Assembly: GCA_016788375.1 (NCBI GenBank) | Contig: JAEUSI010000004.1 | Coordinates: 3,478-67,477, forward strand | Reading direction: 5' to 3' | Origin: Ignavibacteria bacterium | GTDB taxonomy: Bacteria > Bacteroidota > Ignavibacteria > Tepidaquicellales > Tepidaquicellaceae | Length of the DNA: 64,000 nucleotides | Shown here: in pieces, positions 56,501 to 64,000 of the stretch | Position numbering within the stretch: position 1 is the stretch's first letter | How the letters are laid out: each line of letters begins with the position of its first letter | The notes under the pieces: model-generated | What the model was told of the DNA's origin: nothing | What the model saw: the letters and a program-made list of their open reading frames with translations, nothing else | Databases searched by the model: none | Translations under genes and position numbers: made by a program

Positions 56501-58969
56501 TTACTTAAGAAGTATCATTCTTTTTGTCTGTGTAAAGCCTGCAGTTTCAATTGTATAAAAGTAAATTCCGCTTGACAGACCCGAAGCATCGAAACTCACT
56601 TCATAACTTCCCGGCTGAATATTTTCATTGAGAAGAACCTGAACAGTTTTACCGAGCGAGTTGTAAACGGAAACTTTCACATTGCCGCTTTTTACGATAT
56701 CAAATTTAATATTAGTCGTCGGATTAAACGGATTCGGATAATTCTGCATCAGTGAATAGCTTGAAGGCAATTCAGCGCTCAGCTGATTTATGCCGACGGT
56801 AGTTGTCCAAATTGCAGTTTCGGTAATTACATTATTCATGGTGACTGTTACTGCGGAATCAAGACCTGTGCTGTCAGTGCTTGTATAAGATCCGTTACCG
56901 ACGCCTGTCCATCCCCTGAAATAATAATTAGTTCCTCCGTTGTTTACAATTCTGGAGTTTACTCCGAAAGTCGCATTCGAAGCCGAGTCATAATAATTGT
57001 TGCCTCCGAAAGTTGTGCCCTGCGAAGAATTGACAAGAAGTCTGTACTGAACTTTATAAAATGCCGTCAGATCTGTATTTGAATTAATGTTAAATGTCTG
57101 AGTCGTATCACCTCCGTTTGACCAGTTTGTATAGACATATCTTGTAACTCCGACAATTCTCGGACTGACAGCCTGAACCGTAACTGAAGCACCGTTAGTG
57201 AATACAAACTGCTGCTGAGAAGTATAAGAAACTCCGTTTACCTTAAACTCAGCTATTCCGGGTCTGTTTGTCCCGATATTAAGGAAGGATGAGTTTACAA
57301 GAACGCTTACATATCTTCTGTGAACAGGTGTACCGTTTGGTCCGCTGCCTGTAATTTTGACACTGTATCTTCCCGGCGTTACAGAGCCCGAAGCCGTAAC
57401 ATTAACGGTTACAGAATCCGGATAAGAAGTCAATGAATCTTTTCCGATAAATGACAAGGCGAGCGTTCCGGAAGCCGGCAGCGTATCCATGGAAAGAGTG
57501 AATTTTACCCTGCTGTTGTATGCTTTTACGCTTGGAACTACGACTTTAAAAGTTCCGCTTGACCCGTTATTTACGTTAATATAATTAGTACTTGTTTTCA
57601 TTGCATAGTCAGGATAATAAGCAACGAAATTTCCGAAACCTCCTGATCTGAAATCAGTCCATGCAAGAACTGAAGTTACTGAATTTGAAGCGACAGAATT
57701 ATAATCGCCGAGATAAGCCGGTGTACCGCCTCCGCCGCATGTTGTGCAGTTTATTTTAAATTTCTTGTTTGAAATCTGGCTGTTGGGAAAAAATGAAGCA
57801 CCTCCGTTTGTTGACATTGAAGCATAAATCAGAGCGCTGTCACTTGTCGGGCAGTCTCGTGTATCCATCCAGTGTACATAGAAATTTCCGTTTTGCTTGT
57901 CGCACCAGATTGCCGGGAACCACTGATTATTATTCTGTGTATTTACATCATCATTAATTTTTGTTTCTGCCGACCAGTTTGCTCCCTGATCAGTTGAATA
58001 TCTGAAGAAAATATCCGGTTTATTTCCGTCCCCTGCAGGAAAATTCGAAGCATATACAAGATAAAGTCTTCCTCTGTTGGGACCAAAGCTGTTATCTGCG
58101 GTAATAAACGGATACGGTCTGGTTCTCATATTCTCGACTGAATTTCTTCCGCCGACATTCGTTCCGACATAGTTTGCAAAAACGACCTGTGACATCTGCT
58201 GGAAAGTAGTGCCTCCGTCTGTTGATCTGAAAAATGTCCACACCGGTGAAAAGGAACTTCCCTGATTTGTTACAACATAAACACATCCTCCAGACACATT
58301 TCCGTTTGCTCCTACGCATACCATCATTCCCGGAAGAGTATTATTTGATGAAAAAGTATTCTGAAATGAAGCTCCGAAATCTGTGCTTCTTACGAAATTT
58401 CCTGGAGTCATAACACCGTAAACACTGTTTGCATAGGGTCCGCCTGTCTGATCGCAGGCAATCCAGTTTTTATCGTTGCCGATATTTCCGAAAGCAACGC
58501 TGCTCCATGAAACACCGTTGTTTGATGATTTTGCCGTTCTTGTACCGAGGATTGAAGCGCCGTACATATTGTCAAAATAAACATTGCCGAGACTGTCGTA
58601 TGCTGTTACGGGATCACCTCTCATTGTCTGCCCCCATGACGGCTGAGCTGCCTGAGTCCAGTCAATTCCGTTGTTTGTGTAATAAAAATTTGCTCCGCTG
58701 GTTGTATTCCATGCAGCAACGGTCTGCAGAGGATTTCTCGGATTCATCGAATTATGAACTTCCGCAAAGGCAGTTCCTATATCAAAATTATCATAACCCG
58801 AATTGTCGGTAATGACAGCCGGAGCTCTCGGAATTACGGTTGCCACATAATCCCAGTACTGCTGCGGCGGCTGATCAATATTCGGATCATCATACTGAGA
58901 GAATGCAGGATTTATATTATATGCCAGAATACAAACAGCAATAATATAACTGAAGAATTTAAACTTCAT
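56501..58969 (-). CDS. Secreted BNR/Asp-box repeat (sialidase-fold-like) protein with a T9SS C-terminal sorting domain
   Basis: 822 aa ORF with a signal peptide. Its Asp-boxes are SSNNGVSW, STDFGASF, STDGGTTF and STDQGANW. The C-terminus is NYPNPFNPTTNIKFDI...GIYFYTIETAGFTQTKRMILLK. Confidence 0.75.
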   Translation of the reverse strand: MKFKFFSYIIAVCILAYNINPAFSQYDDPNIDQPPQQYWDYVATVIPRAPAVITDNSGYDNFDIGTAFAEVHNSMNPRNPLQTVAAWNTTSGANFYYTNNGIDWTQAAQPSWGQTMRGDPVTAYDSLGNVYFDNMYGASILGTRTAKSSNNGVSWSSVAFGNIGNDKNWIACDQTGGPYANSVYGVMTPGNFVRSTDFGASFQNTFSSNNTLPGMMVCVGANGNVSGGCVYVVTNQGSSFSPVWTFFRSTDGGTTFQQMSQVVFANYVGTNVGGRNSVENMRTRPYPFITADNSFGPNRGRLYLVYASNFPAGDGNKPDIFFRYSTDQGANWSAETKINDDVNTQNNNQWFPAIWCDKQNGNFYVHWMDTRDCPTSDSALIYASMSTNGGASFFPNSQISNKKFKINCTTCGGGGTPAYLGDYNSVASNSVTSVLAWTDFRSGGFGNFVAYYPDYAMKTSTNYINVNNGSSGTFKVVVPSVKAYNSRVKFTLSMDTLPASGTLALSFIGKDSLTSYPDSVTVNVTASGSVTPGRYSVKITGSGPNGTPVHRRYVSVLVNSSFLNIGTNRPGIAEFKVNGVSYTSQQQFVFTNGASVTVQAVSPRIVGVTRYVYTNWSNGGDTTQTFNINSNTDLTAFYKVQYRLLVNSSQGTTFGGNNYYDSASNATFGVNSRIVNNGGTNYYFRGWTGVGNGSYTSTDSTGLDSAVTVTMNNVITETAIWTTTVGINQLSAELPSSYSLMQNYPNPFNPTTNIKFDIVKSGNVKVSVYNSLGKTVQVLLNENIQPGSYEVSFDASGLSSGIYFYTIETAGFTQTKRMILLK

Positions 58970-59099
58970 TTAAGTACCCTTTCTGATTTTAATTTATTTA
59001 TTTATTGTGATTAAGTTAATAAAATTTATTATATCTAACAATCAAATTAAATAAAGTTCTGTCACTGAATATTAAATAAATACAGATTCAACAAAATAT

Positions 59100-61187
59100 C
59101 TATTTCGTCTTCATATAAAATCTGTCGCAGTATTCCTTTACCATTCTTCCTGTATTATAAATTCCTGCCAGGTTTTTAATTGAAGACTTAATCATTTTTA
59201 CCCAGCCGAACGGAATTCCGTTTCCGTTTCTGGTATAGAACAATGGTATTATTTCATTTTCAAGCGTATGGTATAAACTCTTAGCTTCAAGCGCATCTCT
59301 TTCTTCGAGCGATACTTTTTCATCTGCGAAACTGTCAATTTTCCAGCCGTTTTCCGCCGAATAACCTTCATCCCACCAGCCGTCAAGAATGCTGAAATTA
59401 AGACCGCCGTTTGCAATTACTTTCATTCCGCTTGTGCCTGACGCTTCAAGAGGTTTTCTCGGATTATTCAGCCATAAGTCACAGCCTTCAACCAGATGCC
59501 TTGCAACATTAATTTCATAATTATCCAGAAATATAATTTTATTCTTTAAATCCCTGTCATTTGAATAAGAAATTATTTCAGAAATCAGATTCTTGCCGCC
59601 TTCGTCTTTCGGATGTGCTTTTCCGGAAAATATGAACTGTACCGGCTTCTGTGAATTACTTACAATTTTTTTAAGTCTGCCGATATCCCTGAATATCAGA
59701 TTACCTCTTTTATATGTTGCAAATCTTCTTGCAAATCCGATTGTAAGAGCATCAGGATTTAGTATTCCTTCCGTTTCGGCTGATTTGATTTTATCAGCTC
59801 CTGAATAAATAAGTTTATCCTTTATTCTTTTACGGCAGAATTTTATAAGTTCGTATTTATTGAATAATCTCATTGCCCAGATATCTTCGTCGGCAATTTC
59901 GTCTATTCTGCTCCATATATTTTCATCATAAATCCAGTCTTTCGTGAAGTATCTTGTGTAAACTGAATTAGAATTTGACGAGAGATAACTTAATGTATGA
60001 ACTCCGTTTGTTATTGATTCAATCTGTGTTCTGTCTTCCGGAAGCATCCACATTTTTCTCGAAACCTCGCCGTGAAGCCTGCTGACTCCGTTTATAAAAC
60101 CGGAATTATTTATTGCAAGATAAGCCATATTGAACTGATGATTTTCAGCTTTTCCGGGATTCAGATCGCCTTCATAAAACAATTTCTCCACACTAACTCC
60201 TATTTCATTTTCGGCATAACTCTTAAAATATTTTACGAATAAATCTTTTGTAAAAATATCGATGCCTGCCGGAACCGGCGTGTGCGTCGTAAATATATTA
60301 GATCCGTAACATGCTTTCTTTGCTTCATCATAATTTACATTATATTTCTTCATATAATTTTTGATTCTCTCGAAGCACAGAAAAGCTGAATGTCCCTCGT
60401 TCAGATGAAAAGCTTTGATCTCCAGACCGAGTTTCTCAATTAATCTTATTCCACCTATACCGAGAATAATCTCCTGAGAAATCCTTTTTTCCGTATCTCC
60501 TCCGTAAAGAATATCCGTAATTCTTCTGTCTTCAACTGTGTTTTCGGGAAGCGTGGCGTCAAGAAGATACAGCTTAATGTTTCCCACATGAAGCACCCAG
60601 ACCTGAATGCAAACCACACTGCCGGGAAACTGAACTTCAATTCTAACCGGATTGTAATTATCGTCTCGCAGAAGATACAAAGGCAGGTTCTGAAACTCGT
60701 TAATCTCATAATTTTCCGTCTGCCAGCCCTTGCGGTTTATCATCTGTGCAAAAAATCCGTAATGATATGCAAGTCCGATTCCAATCAAAGGAAGTCCGAG
60801 ATCCGATGAAGATTTCAGATGATCTCCGGACAATACACCCAGTCCTCCGGAATATATTTTCAGACATTCTGTAAGCCCGTATTCTGCAGAAAAATAAGCA
60901 ATTTCAGGCTTCTCTGTGCTGTAATATTTCTGTTCAAAATATTTTTCTCTTCCGAGATAATTTTTAAAATCATTGTAAATTGTAAGTATCTTTCCACCTA
61001 GATTTTTTTTGTCAATTGCGTCCAGAAGATAACTCTGATTAATTTCATTGAGAAACTTTACCGGGTTATGTCCGGACCAGTTCCAGAAATCAGGATTTAT
61101 TTCGTTGAACAATTCCATTGCATCCTTGTTCCATGACCAGTAAAGATTAAATGCGATTTCTTTTAAAAGGAATAACAGATTCTGCAT
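59100..61187 (-). CDS. glgP: Alpha-glucan phosphorylase (GT35, short maltodextrin/glycogen phosphorylase family)
   Basis: 695 aa ORF. EASGTSGMK contains the PLP Lys, and SGGLGVLSGDHLKSSSDLGLP and FARRFATYKR are also present. Confidence 0.85.
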   Translation of the reverse strand: MQNLLFLLKEIAFNLYWSWNKDAMELFNEINPDFWNWSGHNPVKFLNEINQSYLLDAIDKKNLGGKILTIYNDFKNYLGREKYFEQKYYSTEKPEIAYFSAEYGLTECLKIYSGGLGVLSGDHLKSSSDLGLPLIGIGLAYHYGFFAQMINRKGWQTENYEINEFQNLPLYLLRDDNYNPVRIEVQFPGSVVCIQVWVLHVGNIKLYLLDATLPENTVEDRRITDILYGGDTEKRISQEIILGIGGIRLIEKLGLEIKAFHLNEGHSAFLCFERIKNYMKKYNVNYDEAKKACYGSNIFTTHTPVPAGIDIFTKDLFVKYFKSYAENEIGVSVEKLFYEGDLNPGKAENHQFNMAYLAINNSGFINGVSRLHGEVSRKMWMLPEDRTQIESITNGVHTLSYLSSNSNSVYTRYFTKDWIYDENIWSRIDEIADEDIWAMRLFNKYELIKFCRKRIKDKLIYSGADKIKSAETEGILNPDALTIGFARRFATYKRGNLIFRDIGRLKKIVSNSQKPVQFIFSGKAHPKDEGGKNLISEIISYSNDRDLKNKIIFLDNYEINVARHLVEGCDLWLNNPRKPLEASGTSGMKVIANGGLNFSILDGWWDEGYSAENGWKIDSFADEKVSLEERDALEAKSLYHTLENEIIPLFYTRNGNGIPFGWVKMIKSSIKNLAGIYNTGRMVKEYCDRFYMKTK

Positions 61188-61291
61188 ACAGTATTGAAAA
61201 GTGATTTAATTTTTTGTGTAATCGTTAATATAGAATAAGTAAAAAACTATTGCTATAAATTTTTTTATGCTTTCAAAGACTTTTTTCCCGT

Positions 61292-61326
61292 AAAAAAACC
61301 CCGCAAATGGAATAAACATGCGGGGT
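61292..61326 (-). terminator. Intrinsic terminator downstream of the 61356..62669 gene
   Basis: On the minus strand, CCCCGCA-tgtttattccatt-TGCGGGG is followed by TTTTTTT. Confidence 0.75.
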
Positions 61327-61355
61327 CTAAAAAGAAAAACGGAATTAATCAAATA

Positions 61356-62669
61356 TCATTTTATAAGCATCATTTTCTTTATCTCTGAAAAATCACCTGC
61401 TTCAAGTTTGTAAAAATAAACGCCGCTGACAATACCGGCAGCATTAAATTCGGTTTCGTAAGTTCCTGCTGCGAGTCGTTCATTAACCAGAGAAGCAACT
61501 GTTCTTCCGAGCTGATCAAAAACCGTCAGCTTTACATCCGATGCTTTCTGAATCTGAAACTGAATTTTAGTTTCCGGATTAAAAGGATTCGGATAATTCT
61601 GTGATAAGCTGAATCCTTCCGGCGTACCGTTATTCACAGTATTTATTCCGCCGATCAGAAAATTAAGATAAGAAATACCGCCGTTGCTTCTGACTCCCCA
61701 GAATTTATTTCCGTAATAGTTTGTGCCGATGTAACGGTAATTTCCGGCTGAAGCCGTATTATTTATGAACCAGTTAGTTCCATTGTTTGTAGAAGCGTAA
61801 AGAGCAGTTGTGCCTCTGACTGCAAATGTATAAACAAAAAATAAATCACTGACAATAAGATTCGGACCCCCGGTTATTCCGCCGAAGTTGCCCGTTCCTG
61901 CAGAAGCCTGCAGAGTCCAGTTTGCTCCGTAGTTTGAACTCCTGTACATATCCGCTCCGCCCATTAAGCCTTCATTGCCTCCGCCAATCGGACTAAACCA
62001 GACTGCATATGAATTAAGCGAACCTGTTGTTGTCTGAGCAGTCCAGCTAGAACCGAAATTTGTCGAATAATAAATTTTTGTGTTATTTGTGCCGAACCAG
62101 ATTTTGTCTCCGATATTCCAGACGGAATTATTCCATCCGGCTTCTGCTCCAATCTGGGGAAGATACATCCCCGAAGAATCCCAGCTTACTCCCCCGTTCG
62201 TCGTTTTCCACAAAGACCATCTTCCTCCGACAGGATCTCCCGTCATGAAACCGCTGAGCGAATTCCGGAAACACATTGCATTGATGAATCCGTTGGTTTC
62301 CGTAAAAACCTGAGTCCAGTTTGCGCCTGCATTTGAAGTTCTGTAAACAAAAGTATTTGCTCCGACATATCCGGCAGTAACGGCGGTATTTGCATCAATG
62401 CCGACAATATTTATAAGCTGTGTAGTTGCGGGAATTCCGTTCCCTCCGGCACTTAGCCAGTTTGCGCCGTCATTTGTGCTTCTGAGAACCGTTCCTCCGT
62501 ATCCGCATACCCATACATAAGAAGGTGAATTTGGAGCAGTCGAACTTGTATGTGCAGATGTTAAAGTCTGTGTCGAACCTGATGTCTGTTCAAACCAGTT
62601 AAGCGTCTGAGAGTATGACAAAACCGGAATTGATATTGCAATCAGAAAAACCAATATACTTTTTTTCAT
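61356..62669 (-). CDS. Secreted beta-propeller (Ycf48/sortilin-like Asp-box variant) protein with a T9SS C-terminal sorting domain
   Basis: 437 aa ORF with six S/T-x-N-x-G-x-x-W repeats (STNDGANW, TSNAGANW, TTNGGVSW, STNFGSSW, SSNYGANW, STNNGTNW). The C-terminus is NYPNPFNPETKIQFQI...GVYFYKLEAGDFSEIKKMMLIK. Confidence 0.7.
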   Translation of the reverse strand: MKKSILVFLIAISIPVLSYSQTLNWFEQTSGSTQTLTSAHTSSTAPNSPSYVWVCGYGGTVLRSTNDGANWLSAGGNGIPATTQLINIVGIDANTAVTAGYVGANTFVYRTSNAGANWTQVFTETNGFINAMCFRNSLSGFMTGDPVGGRWSLWKTTNGGVSWDSSGMYLPQIGAEAGWNNSVWNIGDKIWFGTNNTKIYYSTNFGSSWTAQTTTGSLNSYAVWFSPIGGGNEGLMGGADMYRSSNYGANWTLQASAGTGNFGGITGGPNLIVSDLFFVYTFAVRGTTALYASTNNGTNWFINNTASAGNYRYIGTNYYGNKFWGVRSNGGISYLNFLIGGINTVNNGTPEGFSLSQNYPNPFNPETKIQFQIQKASDVKLTVFDQLGRTVASLVNERLAAGTYETEFNAAGIVSGVYFYKLEAGDFSEIKKMMLIK

Positions 62670-63019
62670 TTTATTCTCCTTAAAAATATTTTTAAAATAT
62701 TTCCTGTTATGTGAAATTTATGCATAAAAATAGTAAAGATAAGTAGTAAATATTTTATCAGAAAATAAAAGCGGGTGTTAAAAAAATCAGAGACAAAGTA
62801 ATACAAACTATTCAATCTTCTTATATTAAACACTTTGCCGAATTTCATACATGAATTAACATTCGGTTGCTGTTTAGTTTTCTAATTGTTATTTTAATTA
62901 AACAAAATTACCGGGAGAACAAAATATTCTGAATACTGCCCCCAAAAGCCTGATTAGAATAAGTAAAAATTGTAATCTCAAAACTTCAAAATTCATTTTA
63001 TAATCTTATTCTAAAAAGC

Positions 63020-64000
63020 ATGAGAAAATTCATAACACTTATCATCATCTCTTTTATTGTCACTAATGTTACTGAACTTTTTTCGCAACAAACGATTAAG
63101 GATTACAAAAGTATCCTTCAGAGAAATAATATACCTGATAGTAAAGAAACCGGAAACAATTTCTCCGGATCGAGCAGTAATTCAGATTTAAGAAACAATC
63201 TGATTGATTCAGTAGAAATAACAGCCATTTATTGTCTTGGCAGTATTCCCACAACATTCGCCTGTTTTGATACACTGGGAATAAGGGTAAAAAAAAATAT
63301 TGCCGGTTCTTATCCTGTTGTAATCAAGATCAGAAAAACTGATTCAATATATGTTACAATTGATTCTGCATTTATTCATATTTCAAACAACGGAACCTAT
63401 GATACCTTACTGTTTTACAAAATTCCCTGCACCCCGGTCTTAATTGGCGGATTAATTTACCATCGTGACAGGATTATTGTAGAAGCATTATCCGGAGAAT
63501 TGCTTAATGATAATAGTTCATCAGTTACTGTTTACGATACAGAGGAAAACTGTCAGTATACAACTCATGATTATTACAATTACAAAGATCCGTGTGTAAA
63601 CAATGACGGAGGTTTCGGCTTTAACGGACTTACCGGAAACATAACAGCCAGATTTAATAATTACAGTTCTTATGTATTTCCTGTTGTGGCAGTAGAGCAT
63701 GGTTTTTTTAATTCTTTAGGCGGAGGAAATCAGCCGTATAAAATTGTAATTTACGGAGATAACGGCAGCGGCAAGCCGGGATCACTGCTGTATATTTCTT
63801 CCACTCTTACTTCACCTGCGGGTAACGGAAGTTCACAGACAGTTTCTCATACACTTACAAGTCCGGTAAACATATCTGCCAACAGCAGATTTTATGTGGG
63901 TATAAGACAGAACGGAACTACAAATGCGGGTTTAAGTTTTCAGAATGAAAATCCCGTCAGGTCAAAATCCTTTTTCTATTCTTATCCTGATACTAGCAAT
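63020..64000 (+). CDS. Secreted hypothetical protein; the 3' end lies beyond the window
   Basis: Absent from the ORF track because there is no stop in the window. Manual translation from the ATG at 63020 gives MRKFITLIIISFIVTNVTELFSQQ... and stays open for 327 codons to the window edge. The N-terminus looks like a signal peptide. Confidence 0.55.
   Translation, partial: MRKFITLIIISFIVTNVTELFSQQTIKDYKSILQRNNIPDSKETGNNFSGSSSNSDLRNNLIDSVEITAIYCLGSIPTTFACFDTLGIRVKKNIAGSYPVVIKIRKTDSIYVTIDSAFIHISNNGTYDTLLFYKIPCTPVLIGGLIYHRDRIIVEALSGELLNDNSSSVTVYDTEENCQYTTHDYYNYKDPCVNNDGGFGFNGLTGNITARFNNYSSYVFPVVAVEHGFFNSLGGGNQPYKIVIYGDNGSGKPGSLLYISSTLTSPAGNGSSQTVSHTLTSPVNISANSRFYVGIRQNGTTNAGLSFQNENPVRSKSFFYSYPDTSN

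Noticed and set aside
62666-62848. 60 aa minus-strand ORF upstream of the propeller gene
   Set aside because: It overlaps the start of the 61356..62669 gene and runs through its promoter/SD region (AAGGAG before the ATG at 62669). The peptide is low-complexity and rich in Ile, Phe and Lys.
1-64000. CRISPR arrays, tRNA/rRNA genes, prophage or insertion sequences
   Set aside because: No intergenic region has regularly spaced direct repeats or GC-rich cloverleaf-like segments. No ORF shows transposase, integrase, Cas or phage structural motifs. This was done by eye only; tRNAscan, Infernal and a CRISPR finder would be the formal check.

Overview
This is an AT-rich bacterial chromosomal segment with about 60 protein-coding genes. 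I found no rRNA, tRNA, CRISPR array, transposase, integrase or phage genes. Four complete secreted proteins carry the same C-terminal sorting domain (NYPNPFNPxTKI ... GVYFYKLE ... K), which is the T9SS Por_Secre_tail type. That points to the FCB superphylum (Ignavibacteria or Bacteroidota-like); this placement is an inference. Most genes are housekeeping: glnA, liv components, sthA, sdhAB, nrdJ, csp, ogt, half of carB, nuoG, nhaA, two msrB, a peroxiredoxin, kynA and glgP. Several loci deserve a second look. (1) An orphan cassette of carrier protein, SDR, adenylate-forming ligase and AAC(3)-fold acyltransferase sits at 18.3-21.6 kb with no obvious acceptor pathway nearby. (2) An ECF sigma factor has a roughly 110 aa Cys/His-containing C-terminal extension and no adjacent anti-sigma gene. 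A bipartite motif, TGTCACA-N16-GTCAAAG, lies upstream of this gene and again upstream of the next gene, a T9SS beta-helix protein. (3) A DUF3299-like Cys-rich exported protein is coupled to a MacB/FtsX-type ABC pair. (4) A stand-alone C-terminal half of carB is present. (5) An sdhA / exported hypothetical / sdhB arrangement has no membrane anchor gene, and sdhB is broken by a frameshift in a C9 homopolymer. (6) A RapZ homolog contains only the C-terminal domain. (7) An Lrp/AsnC gene upstream of glnA has no canonical start codon for its HTH half. (8) Two lipoprotein MsrB paralogs bracket a redox-related gene set. All functional calls come from motif recognition by eye, and no database search was run.
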